48,240 bases of DNA from a bacterium (GTDB lineage: Bacteria; JADJOY01), in assembly GCA_046331705.1 (NCBI GenBank), contig JAXLQJ010000012.1, positions 124,001 to 172,240 of the forward strand, given 5' to 3'. Made by a program: the position numbers and the translations under genes. Positions 1 to 8,948 of the stretch are shown here, piece by piece. Each line of letters begins with the position of its first letter. The stretch's first letter is position 1. The notes beneath the pieces were generated by a model. The model had not been told where the DNA came from. It saw only the letters and a program-made list of their open reading frames with translations, and ran no database searches.

Positions 1-1
1 C

Positions 2-451
2 GACGGCACCACCGCCTTCGAGACCTACGCCACCAACCTGGTGCGCGACGACGCCAACGGCACGGGCGATGTGGTGCTCGCGATACCCGGTGTCGCGCCG
101 CTCGAGCTGGTGAGCGTCGGCGACGACGATCGTCCCGCGAACGGGGCGTCGATGGCGCCGTCGCTCTCGGCGCACGGCCGGTACGTGGTCTTCTCGTCGT
201 CGGCGACCGACCTGGTGTCGTCGGACTCGAACGGCAAGGTCGACGTCTTCCTGCGCGATCGCAAGAGCGGCGAGATGGAACGCGTGAGCGAGGCCGCCGA
301 CGGCACCGCCGCCGACGGTGACAGCTGGTTTCCGGCGATCTCGAGCGACGGCTTGATCCGCGCCTACGAGTCGAACGCCACCAACCTGGTTCCCGGTGAC
401 ACCAACGGCTATCCGGACGTGTTCGTGCAGCAGGTCGAGCCGCCCTTCTGA
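2..451 (+). CDS. TolB-like/PD40-type beta-propeller repeat protein, C-terminal part (5' truncated by window edge)
   Basis: Frame is open from base 2. Three copies of the propeller motif: F-ETYATNLVRDDANGTGDV, FSSSATDLVSSDSNGKVDVFLRD, YESNATNLVPGDTNGYPDVFV, the last two preceded by PSLSAHGRYV and PAISSDG. Confidence 0.8.
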   Translation, partial: DGTTAFETYATNLVRDDANGTGDVVLAIPGVAPLELVSVGDDDRPANGASMAPSLSAHGRYVVFSSSATDLVSSDSNGKVDVFLRDRKSGEMERVSEAADGTAADGDSWFPAISSDGLIRAYESNATNLVPGDTNGYPDVFVQQVEPPF

Positions 452-463
452 GCGCGGGTTGGC

Positions 464-2380
464 GTGAACGGCTTCGCTCCGAGCGCGCGCGGGTCGGTCC
501 GCGGCGTGCTGCTGGCGGTCGCGCTGGCGGCGGCGTCGCAGAGCGGCGTGGTCCGGGCGGCGGAACCGACGGCGCGGGCCTGGGTCCTCGACCATGGTGA
601 GGTGCGCGCCGTGCCCGAGTCTTCGGGTTCGGCGTCGGTTGGCGCCGCCGCGTCCGACGCGGTGCGCGGCTTCCCGACGGGCTCGCTGCTCAAGCCGTTC
701 GTCGCCCAGGCGTGGGCGGCTGCGCACCCCGGCGAGCCGACTCCGCGCCTGCGCTGCGCCGGTGGCGCCACCTGCTGGCGTCCGTCGGGGCACGGCGAGC
801 TGGGGCTGGCGCGCGCGCTCGAGCTCTCGTGCAACGCGTACTTCCGCGCGCTCGCCGCGGACACGCCGCGCGAGCTCCTCGAGGCGGTGATCGCGGACCA
901 GCGCTTCGACGTGCCGCGACCGCTCACGCCCGATCTCGCGATCGGGCTCACGCAGCCGGGACCGCCGGAGGTCGCGGTTCGCGCCACACCCGCCGCGCTG
1001 CTCCTGGCGTTCGGCGCGCTGGCGCGCACGCCGTGGCCACGCGGCGATGCGGTGCGTCGCGAGGTGCTCGCTGGCTTGCGCGAATCGGCGCACGTCGGCA
1101 CCGCCGCGGGCTTGCGTGCCCGCGGCCTGCTGGCGAAGACCGGCACCGTGCCCGCGCTCGACGGCGCGCCGCTGGCGACCTCCGGCCTGGCGCTCGCCTT
1201 CGACGAGAGCGGCTGGGCCGTGCTCCTGCTGCTCGATCGCGGCACCGGTCGCGAGGCCGCCACACGGCTCGCACGCGCGTTGCCCTCGTTGCGTCCAGGG
1301 ACGGTCGTCGCCGCGCGCGCTTCCCCAGCGCCAGTCGGCCCGCTCCGCTCGGCGGCGCCGGTACCCGCGTCGCCCGCGCGCACCGCGTGGAGCTGGTCGC
1401 CAGCAGCCGGGCTCGAGCCGCCACCCGTTCGCGTGGCGCTCTTCGGCGAGCTCGCGCCCGCGGCGCTCGTCGCGCGCAATATCGGCGCGGCACCGGCGCC
1501 CCAACGGCACGGTTTCGCCGGCCCCGGTGCCTCGCTTGCGCTCACGCCCGGGGACACCCTCGGGCCTGCGCTGTGGGACCTCGCCGTCCCGGCGTTTCGC
1601 TTGAATCGCGTCGTGTCGGGATCGATCCGGGTGGCGAGCACGTCCTCGCGCGTGCTCCGGCCCATCCTCGAGACGCCGGCGCGCGACTACGTGAGCGGCG
1701 TCCTCGCCGCCGAGCTGCCGAGCCCCGAGATGGCCGCGCTGCGGTCGGATCTGGGTGCAGCCGTGCTGCGACTGCTGATGCGCGGGCCGCGTCACCCGGA
1801 TGCGGACGTCTGCGACACCACCCATTGCGCGTGGTTCATCGGCCGTGGCCCGCGGGTGTCTTGGGCCGATCCTCGCCATCCCGTGGCGATCGAGGGCCGG
1901 CGTCGCGACGACCCGACACGGCTCGCGCTGGTCACGCCCGCCGAGTGGGAACGCGCGAAGGCGCTGGCGCGCGAAGACGGCCCCGCCGTGTGGACCGCGC
2001 ATTGCGGCGGCATGCCGCTCTCGCCGCACGCCGTGTGGGGAAACGGCGATCGGCGGGTCTGGGTGTGCCCGAGGCATGGGACCACACCCACGGATCCGTG
2101 GAGCCGAACGTGGTCGAACGAGGCGCTTGCGCGCGCCTTCGGCGGTCGCGTCGTCGAGATGGCGCTGGAGGAGCCCGACGGGGTGTGGACGCTACGCGTG
2201 CGGGTGGCCGGCGGCGCGAGCCGCGCGCTTCGCTACGACGAGGCGCATCGCGAGCTCGCCGCCGCCCTCGGCTGGGACGCGCTGCCCAGCCCGGCCACGC
2301 GCATCGCGCCCTCCGCGAGCGGGTTCCGCGCCGAAGGCTTCGGGCACGGCCACCGCGTGGGGCTGTGTCTCGCTGGATGA
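464..2380 (+). CDS. Secreted penicillin-binding transpeptidase-domain / SpoIID-LytB-domain fusion protein (YfaQ-like)
   Basis: Signal-peptide-like N-terminus. SxxK (GSLLKPF), SxN (SCN) and KTGT in PBP order. C-terminal half has SpoIID motifs YVSGVLAAE, CDTTHC and GHGHRVGLC. Confidence 0.75.
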   Translation: MNGFAPSARGSVRGVLLAVALAAASQSGVVRAAEPTARAWVLDHGEVRAVPESSGSASVGAAASDAVRGFPTGSLLKPFVAQAWAAAHPGEPTPRLRCAGGATCWRPSGHGELGLARALELSCNAYFRALAADTPRELLEAVIADQRFDVPRPLTPDLAIGLTQPGPPEVAVRATPAALLLAFGALARTPWPRGDAVRREVLAGLRESAHVGTAAGLRARGLLAKTGTVPALDGAPLATSGLALAFDESGWAVLLLLDRGTGREAATRLARALPSLRPGTVVAARASPAPVGPLRSAAPVPASPARTAWSWSPAAGLEPPPVRVALFGELAPAALVARNIGAAPAPQRHGFAGPGASLALTPGDTLGPALWDLAVPAFRLNRVVSGSIRVASTSSRVLRPILETPARDYVSGVLAAELPSPEMAALRSDLGAAVLRLLMRGPRHPDADVCDTTHCAWFIGRGPRVSWADPRHPVAIEGRRRDDPTRLALVTPAEWERAKALAREDGPAVWTAHCGGMPLSPHAVWGNGDRRVWVCPRHGTTPTDPWSRTWSNEALARAFGGRVVEMALEEPDGVWTLRVRVAGGASRALRYDEAHRELAAALGWDALPSPATRIAPSASGFRAEGFGHGHRVGLCLAG

Positions 2381-2588
2381 CTCGGCATTCGCTGCGGCGG
2401 AGGTCGCGGGCGGCGGACGAGGCCGTGGGGGCTTTCGAACGGGTCGAATGGGGGAATGCCCAGCCCGCGCTCGTGCGCCGCGTCTCTCGCTTCTCTTGGC
2501 GACCCCGACCGAGCGCGAGCTGGCGATCGCGGTGCTCCCGGTCGCGATGCGTCCTTCGCGATGGGCCGCGCGTCACCCCGCGCGGAGC

Positions 2589-3041
2589 TCACCCCGGCAG
2601 CTTCGCCGCGACGAGCTGGTTCACCGCCTTGCCGTCGGCGCGGCCCTTGACCCGCTCCATCACCGCCTTCATCACACGGCCCATGTCCTTCTTGGAGGTG
2701 GCGCCGAGCTCCGCCACCACGGCCTCCACGACCCCGGCGAGCTCGGCGGCGTCGATCTGCGTGGGCAGGTAGCTCTCGAGGATCGTGATCGCCGACTTTT
2801 CCTTGTCGGCCAGATCCGTGCGATGGCCCTTCTCGAATTGCTCGATCGAGTCCTTGCGCTTCTTGACCCCGCTGGCGATCGCCGCGAGCACCTCGTCGTC
2901 GGTGAGCGTCGAGCCCGCGCCCTTCTGAACGCGCAGGTTCTTGAGATCGGCGATCACCATGCGCAGCACCCACACGCGCTCGGTGTCCTTCGCCTTCATC
3001 GCCGTGGCGAGGTCTTCCTGCAGCTTCTGATCGAGCGCCAT
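2589..3041 (-). CDS. GatB/YqeY domain protein
   Basis: DL..AMKAKD..R..VLRM, KKRKDSIEQF..G.R.DLA.KE, YLP.Q, KDMGRVMK, G.ADGK.V. GGAGGA RBS before ATG 3041. Confidence 0.92.
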   Translation of the reverse strand: MALDQKLQEDLATAMKAKDTERVWVLRMVIADLKNLRVQKGAGSTLTDDEVLAAIASGVKKRKDSIEQFEKGHRTDLADKEKSAITILESYLPTQIDAAELAGVVEAVVAELGATSKKDMGRVMKAVMERVKGRADGKAVNQLVAAKLPG

Positions 3042-3151
3042 GGGCCAATCCTCCGGTGAATCGCGGGTATCGCCGCGAGTATAGTCGCGCCCTCGCGGCG
3101 CCCCCGCGGCTCGCGAGCGAGCGTGCGACACCGACGGCGAGGAGAAACCCG

Positions 3152-3880
3152 ATGGCGGGCTTGTTGTACGGGCTGGAAACGGTGTTCCGGCTGTGGATGC
3201 TGGTCGACTGCGCGCAGCGCGGCGGGGGCTATTACTGGTATCTGATCCTGTGGGTTCCCTTCGGACCGCTCGCGTATTTCCTCGTGGTCAAGATCCACGA
3301 CTACGACTTGCGTGGCTTGAAGCGGGCGCTTCGAATCGATCGCCCGCCGAGCGTCGCCACGTTGCGATTCCGGCTCGGCGAGACCCACACTCCCGCCAAC
3401 AAGCTGGCGCTCGGCCAAGCGTTGGTGAGCGCCAAGCAAGACCTGCCGGAAGCCATCGAGCTCTTCCGCGAGGTGCTGCGCTGGGATGCCGACGAGCGCC
3501 GCGCGCAGTACGGGCTGAGCCTGGCGCTCGCGCAGCAGGGCGATCAGGCCGGCGCGCTCGACGTTCTCGCCAAGCTGGTGGCGCGCGAGCCCAAGTTCCA
3601 GGACTATCAGGCGTGGCTGGAGCTGGCGGAGCTTCGCTGGCAGACGGGTGATCGCACGGGAGCGGTCGCCGATCTCGAGGGGCTGGTCGCCCAGACGGCG
3701 CGCCTCGAGCACCGGTTGAAGCTCGCCACGCGTCTCGCCGAGCTCGATCGCAAGAGCGACGCGAGGCAGCTCTTGGAGCAGGCGCTCGAGACCTACAAGC
3801 ATTCGCCGCGCTACATCCAGCGCCGCGACGCGCGCGCTCGCCGCGGCGCCCGAAAGCTGCTCGCGGCGCTCTCCGCCTGA
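3152..3880 (+). CDS. Membrane-anchored tetratricopeptide-repeat protein
   Basis: N-terminal hydrophobic hairpin (LWMLVDC...YWYLILWVPFGPLAYFLV) followed by TPR-like helical repeats. GAGGAG RBS. Confidence 0.8.
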   Translation: MAGLLYGLETVFRLWMLVDCAQRGGGYYWYLILWVPFGPLAYFLVVKIHDYDLRGLKRALRIDRPPSVATLRFRLGETHTPANKLALGQALVSAKQDLPEAIELFREVLRWDADERRAQYGLSLALAQQGDQAGALDVLAKLVAREPKFQDYQAWLELAELRWQTGDRTGAVADLEGLVAQTARLEHRLKLATRLAELDRKSDARQLLEQALETYKHSPRYIQRRDARARRGARKLLAALSA

Positions 3881-4065
3881 GCACGGCGACGCCGAGGTGG
3901 CTGCGCCCGGACTGCTTCCCGGGCATTTTTCGGGAACGAATCGAATCTTCGCTGGTTCGATTTCGTCCCAACGGGGCTCGCGCCGGTTGGCTTGACGCCT
4001 GCCGTGGCCGGTGATTGTTTCCCGCGGCCTCGGCTTTTTCGCCAGCCGCCAACGCGTTCTCGCAA

Positions 4066-5019
4066 ATGATCGAAGCGGATCGACTCAGCAAATTCTACGG
4101 CTCGCGCGCCGCCGTCTCCGACCTCTCGTTCCGGATCGAATCCGGCACCGTGGTCGGGTTTTTGGGGCTCAACGGCGCGGGCAAGACCACCACGCTGCGC
4201 TTGCTCGCGGGCGACCTCGAGTCGTCGGTCGGCACGATCCGGATCGGTGGGGTGGACTTGAGCGCCAACCCGCGGCAGGTCAAGCAACGCATCGGCTTCC
4301 TGCCCGACCAGCCGCCGCTCTATCCGGAGATGACGGTGCGCGCGTACCTCCGTTACGCGGGCGCCATTCGCGGCATGAGCGCGCGCGACCTCGACTCGCG
4401 CGTCGGCGAGGTCGAGCGGCTGGTGAAGGTGGAGGACGTCGCGCGTGATCTCGTGTCGACGCTCAGCCACGGCTATCGCCAGCGCCTCGGCATCGGTCAA
4501 GCCATCGTCCACCGCCCCGAGCTGGTGATCCTGGACGAGCCCATCTCGGGCCTCGATCCGGTGCAGATCACCGAGATGCGCGAGCTCATCCGCGCGCTGG
4601 CGGGCAGCCACACCGTGTTGCTCTCGAGCCACATCCTCACCGAGATCAGCCAGACCTGCGATCGGATCCTGGTGATGGGCAAGGGCCGGATCATCGCCGA
4701 CGGCACCGAGGACGAGCTGCGCCGCAAGTTGATCCCGGGCGGCGTCGTGGACGTCACGGTGCGTGGTGACGCGGTCACGGTGCGCGGTCGCCTGGCGGGG
4801 CTGAGTGGCGTGCGCGGCGTCGAGATCCTCGGCGAGGGCAAGGGCTCCGAGGCGGGCACCGTGCGGCTGCGGGTGCAAGCGGAGAGCGACGTGCGCGAGG
4901 CGATCGCACGCAAGATCATCGAGGGTGGATTCGGGCTGCTCGCGCTCGGCGACTCCGAGCACGAGCTCGAGGACCTCTTCGTCGAGCTGACCCGAGGTCA
5001 GTCGCGGGCGTCCGCATGA
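4066..5019 (+). CDS. ABC transporter ATP-binding protein (GldA-like)
   Basis: Walker A GLNGAGKTT, signature LSHGYRQR, Walker B ILDEP, H-loop LSSH. Confidence 0.93.
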   Translation: MIEADRLSKFYGSRAAVSDLSFRIESGTVVGFLGLNGAGKTTTLRLLAGDLESSVGTIRIGGVDLSANPRQVKQRIGFLPDQPPLYPEMTVRAYLRYAGAIRGMSARDLDSRVGEVERLVKVEDVARDLVSTLSHGYRQRLGIGQAIVHRPELVILDEPISGLDPVQITEMRELIRALAGSHTVLLSSHILTEISQTCDRILVMGKGRIIADGTEDELRRKLIPGGVVDVTVRGDAVTVRGRLAGLSGVRGVEILGEGKGSEAGTVRLRVQAESDVREAIARKIIEGGFGLLALGDSEHELEDLFVELTRGQSRASA

Positions 5020-5744
5020 TCCGAAACGTGTTCCTGGTGCTGCGCCGCGAGCTGGTGGCGTTCTTCGCGAGCTGGACGGGCTACGCCATCGCCGCCGCGG
5101 TGCTGGTGGTCGACGGGTTGCTCTTCAATGGCCTGGCGTTGGGCAGCGGCAAGCAGCTCTCGGCCGAGGTCGTCCGGCAGTTCTTCTACTTCTCGTCCGG
5201 CACCACCATGATCACCGGCATCTTGCTGTCGATGCGGCTGGTCGCCGAGGAGCGCGGCTCCGGCACCATCGTGCTGCTGCGCACCTCGCCGCTCTCGAGC
5301 ACCGAGATCGTCCTCGGGAAGTTCCTCTCGGCGCTGGCCTTCCTCGCGTTCATCACGCTCTCCACCCTCTACATGCCGCTGCTGGTGATGGTGCACGGCA
5401 AGATCTCGCCGGGGCACCTCGCGGCGGGCTACGGCGGGCTCTTGCTGCTCGGCGCGGCGAGCATCGCGATCGGCCTGTTCGCCTCGACGCTGGCGCGCGT
5501 GCAGGTCGTGTCGGCGATCGTCGGCGGCGCGATTCTCGTGGGCATCCTGGTGCTGTGGTTCGTGGCGCGCAAGGCCGAGCCGCCCGTCTCCTCGATCCTG
5601 GTGGCCCTGGCGCTCTACAGCACGCATTTCGAGCCGTTCATGAAGGGCGTCGTTCACCTCAAGGACGTCGTCTACTACCTGTCGCTGACGTATTTCTTCC
5701 TGTTGCTGTCGGCGCGCTCGCTCGACGCGCAGCGCTGGGACTGA
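5016..5744 (+). CDS. ABC-2 type permease (GldF-like)
   Basis: About 6 TM segments; RREL..FF.S and SMRLVAEER.SGTI.LL.TSP...EIVLGKF motifs. ATGA overlap with the ATPase gene. Confidence 0.9.
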   Translation: MIRNVFLVLRRELVAFFASWTGYAIAAAVLVVDGLLFNGLALGSGKQLSAEVVRQFFYFSSGTTMITGILLSMRLVAEERGSGTIVLLRTSPLSSTEIVLGKFLSALAFLAFITLSTLYMPLLVMVHGKISPGHLAAGYGGLLLLGAASIAIGLFASTLARVQVVSAIVGGAILVGILVLWFVARKAEPPVSSILVALALYSTHFEPFMKGVVHLKDVVYYLSLTYFFLLLSARSLDAQRWD

Positions 5745-5747
5745 GCC

Positions 5748-7694
5748 ATGAGCGGCGAGGCGCGTTCGGCGCGGTGGAGCCGCGAAGGCACGGGGCTCAC
5801 GTCGGCCTTCTTCCTGGGGTCGGCGGCGCTCTTGATCGGCGAGCGGTTGCTCGCCGGTTCGTCCGCTGCGCGCTTCGCCTTCACCACGGCGGCGTGCGTG
5901 CTCGTGCTGGCGAGCTTCCTGGCGCGGACCTGGCTCGCGCTCCGCGGTCCGCAAGGATCGCGCGCCGCCAACCGGATCCTGGCGAAGGCGCACCTCGCCG
6001 GCGTGCTCGCGTTCGCGGTCTACCTCGCGTCCACCGACGAGGGGCTTCGGTTCTTCGGGATCCAGTGGCCGCTTTCCGAAGGCATGAAGCGGCTGCAGAC
6101 CGTGCTGCGCTGCGCGTGGCCGATCCTGTGGCTCGCGGCGGCTTGTTCGCTAGCGCTCGGCAAGCGGGCGGCGCGGCCGCTCGGCATCGCCGGCACCGTC
6201 GAGGAGCGGCGCGTCTACGAGTCCGCGGCGAGCGGGCTCAGTATCGCGTTCGCCGCCGCGTTCCTGTTCACGGTCAACTACCTCGTCATCCAGCACGACG
6301 CGAGCGCCGACCTCAGCTACTTCCGAACCGCGCGGCCGGGCGAGGGCACCCGGGACCTGGTGACGCGGCTCGCGGACCCCGTCGAAGTGCTGCTCTTCTT
6401 CCCCGAGGCGAACGAGGTCGCCGACGAGCTCATGAGTTACTTCCACGAGCTCGAGGGCGTGAATCCGTTGCTGAGCGTGCGACGCGCCGATCGGTTGCTC
6501 GATCCGGACCTGGCGCGGAAGAACAAGGTTCGCAACGACGGCGTCGTGCTCATCCAGAAGGCCAGCGCCGCCACCCCGGCCGCCGGCGAGGCAACGCCGC
6601 CGCCATCGCCCGCCACCCCCGCCGGTGAGCAGTGGTCGGTGGGGACCGAGATCGATTCCGCGCGCTACAAGCTGCGCAAGCTCGACGAAGAGTTCCGGCA
6701 GCGCCTCGTGAAGGTGACGCAGAAGCAGCGCATCGCGTACGTCACCGTGGGCCACGGCGAGATGACCAGCCCCGCCAGCGGCGAGACCGGCGCCGTCGCC
6801 AAGGCCGCACGACTGCGGCCGTTCCTGCGCCAGCTCGGCTTCGACGCCAAGGATCTGGGCTTCCAGGACGGACTCGCCTCCGACGTGCCGGCGGACGCCT
6901 CGCTGGTGATGGTGGTGGGCCCGGAAACGCCCTTCCTGCCTGCCGAGGTCGACAGCCTCACGCGCTACCTCGACAAGGGCGGGAAGCTCTTCCTCACGCT
7001 CGACGGCAACCGCACCGGCGGGCTCGAGCCGCTCTTGGCGTCGCTCGGTCTCGAGTTCCACGCTGGCCCGCTGGCCAACGATCGCTACCACTACCGCGCC
7101 CGCTACAACGACTCGGACCGGGTGTTCATCGGCACCGGCAGCTATTCGTCGCATCCCTCGGTCACGAACCTGAGCCGCGAGGCGCGTCGCGCCACCTTCG
7201 CAGCCATGGCGAGCGGCTACCTGACCAAGGCCGCGGACGCCCACGGCAACACCCTCGATTTCACGGTGCGCACGCTCACCGGCACCTGGGCCGACGCCAA
7301 CGGCGACTTCCAGTTCAACGAGGGTGTCGAGACCAAGGACATCTTCAATCTCGCGGCCACCGCGGAGCGCGAGATCAAGCCGGCCCCCGGGTCTGCGGCG
7401 GCGCCGGGCGAGCCCGCCAAGCGCATGCGCGCGATCGTCCTCGCCGACTCGGATGCCGTGGGTGACGATCTGCTGCCGAACGGCGCCAACTTGGTGTTCG
7501 TGGGCGACGGGCTCGAGTGGCTCACCACCGACAAGCCCGCCTCCACCAAGGTCGAGAGCGAGGAAGACGTTCCGGTCGAGCACACCCGCGACCAGGACAC
7601 GTGGTGGTTCTGGGGCGTCGTGGTGGGCGCGCCGCTGGCGATGCTCGCACTCGGCTGGGTCGTGCTCCGAATCCGTCGAGGGAATCGGTCATGA
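5748..7694 (+). CDS. GldG-like ABC transporter auxiliary component
   Basis: N-terminal TMs, DLS motif, VTVGHGE, VP.DASLVMVVGP..PF...EV..L..YL..GGKL, N..F....LEWL, C-terminal TM. Confidence 0.85.
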   Translation: MSGEARSARWSREGTGLTSAFFLGSAALLIGERLLAGSSAARFAFTTAACVLVLASFLARTWLALRGPQGSRAANRILAKAHLAGVLAFAVYLASTDEGLRFFGIQWPLSEGMKRLQTVLRCAWPILWLAAACSLALGKRAARPLGIAGTVEERRVYESAASGLSIAFAAAFLFTVNYLVIQHDASADLSYFRTARPGEGTRDLVTRLADPVEVLLFFPEANEVADELMSYFHELEGVNPLLSVRRADRLLDPDLARKNKVRNDGVVLIQKASAATPAAGEATPPPSPATPAGEQWSVGTEIDSARYKLRKLDEEFRQRLVKVTQKQRIAYVTVGHGEMTSPASGETGAVAKAARLRPFLRQLGFDAKDLGFQDGLASDVPADASLVMVVGPETPFLPAEVDSLTRYLDKGGKLFLTLDGNRTGGLEPLLASLGLEFHAGPLANDRYHYRARYNDSDRVFIGTGSYSSHPSVTNLSREARRATFAAMASGYLTKAADAHGNTLDFTVRTLTGTWADANGDFQFNEGVETKDIFNLAATAEREIKPAPGSAAAPGEPAKRMRAIVLADSDAVGDDLLPNGANLVFVGDGLEWLTTDKPASTKVESEEDVPVEHTRDQDTWWFWGVVVGAPLAMLALGWVVLRIRRGNRS

Positions 7695-8896
7695 AGCGAC
7701 CCGGCATGAGGGGCGCCCTCGTTCATGGCGCGCTCTTGGGCGTGGCGCTGATCGTCGCGTACGTCGACTGGACGCGTCCCAAGGCCGCGAGCCGCAAGCC
7801 GACCGACGTGACCGTCTGGGAGGGCCAGGCCGGCGACATCACGGCCGTGCACCTCGAATCGACGCTCGCCAAGGTCGATCTGACGATCAAGAAGGACGCC
7901 GGCACCGCGAAGCCGTATCCCTGGTTCCGCCTCGAGCGGACGATCACGTTGCCGGCGCCGGCGCCAGAGAAGAAGGACGAGAAGGCCGCGCCGCCCACGA
8001 ATCCGGATGCCGATCACGCCGCCGGCGAGAAGGGCGAGAAGGACGCTGCCGCCGACGCGGCCAAGGCAACGCCGCCTGCACCGCAGACCAAGGTCACGGT
8101 CAAGGAGTTCCTCGGCGCGGAGCGCACCAAGGAGCGGCTGGAGAAGATCGCGACGCTGGTCGCGGAGCGTGATCTCGGCAAGCCGGAGAGCGCCACCCTC
8201 GAGAAGCTGGGGCTCGCCAAGCCGCGCGGCTCGCTCACCATCCAGACCGCGAAGGGCGAGCGCAAGCTCGAGCTCGGCGACACCGCCGTGGGCGATCGTC
8301 TGCGCTACGTGCGCGATCCCGCGAGCGGCCGAGTCTACGCCGTCGACACCAACCTGGTGAGCGACCTGGAGCAAGCGGACACCCGCTTGCTCAACAGCGA
8401 TCTGCAGCCCTTCAACGCCGACGCCATCGAGAAGGCGGTGGTCTCGGTGGGCGGCGCTTCGCGCACGTACGCGCAGCGGGATCGCGACAAGGCGGGCAAG
8501 AGCTACTGGGTCGTCGTCGGCGGCGAAAGTGCGTCGTCGGGTGCTTCCTCCGAGAGCGCCGAGGAGAAGGACGAGCGCGCCACCACCTGGTTCGGCAAGC
8601 TCGCGCGTCTCAAGGCCGAGCGCTACCTCGCCAGCGACGAGAACCCGCTCGACACGCCTGCAGTGGGCGCGGCACAGGCCGCCCCCGTCGGCCCCACCGA
8701 GACCAAGCCCGTGCTTCGCATCGAGTACGACGTGGCGGGCTATCCGCCCGCGACACTCGAGCTCGAGAAGGTCACGGCCGGGCCCGACAAGGTCGCGTTC
8801 GTGGCGCGCACCAGCTACACGCGTTCGCGGGTGCTGGTGAATCGCTTCACCGCCGAAGAGATCGAGAAGGACCTGAACGACCTCTTCGGCGTGTGA
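7691..8896 (+). CDS. DUF4340-like membrane-anchored periplasmic protein
   Basis: N-terminal TM; L.KLGL.KP...L.I......L.LGD.......YVR......VYAV motif; ATGA overlap with the GldG-like gene, the usual position for this family. Confidence 0.75.
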   Translation: MKRPGMRGALVHGALLGVALIVAYVDWTRPKAASRKPTDVTVWEGQAGDITAVHLESTLAKVDLTIKKDAGTAKPYPWFRLERTITLPAPAPEKKDEKAAPPTNPDADHAAGEKGEKDAAADAAKATPPAPQTKVTVKEFLGAERTKERLEKIATLVAERDLGKPESATLEKLGLAKPRGSLTIQTAKGERKLELGDTAVGDRLRYVRDPASGRVYAVDTNLVSDLEQADTRLLNSDLQPFNADAIEKAVVSVGGASRTYAQRDRDKAGKSYWVVVGGESASSGASSESAEEKDERATTWFGKLARLKAERYLASDENPLDTPAVGAAQAAPVGPTETKPVLRIEYDVAGYPPATLELEKVTAGPDKVAFVARTSYTRSRVLVNRFTAEEIEKDLNDLFGV

Positions 8897-8948
8897 GCGG
8901 TTCGCGCTTGCCCCGAGGCCGGTCGCGCGCCGAAGCTCCGCCTCGTCG

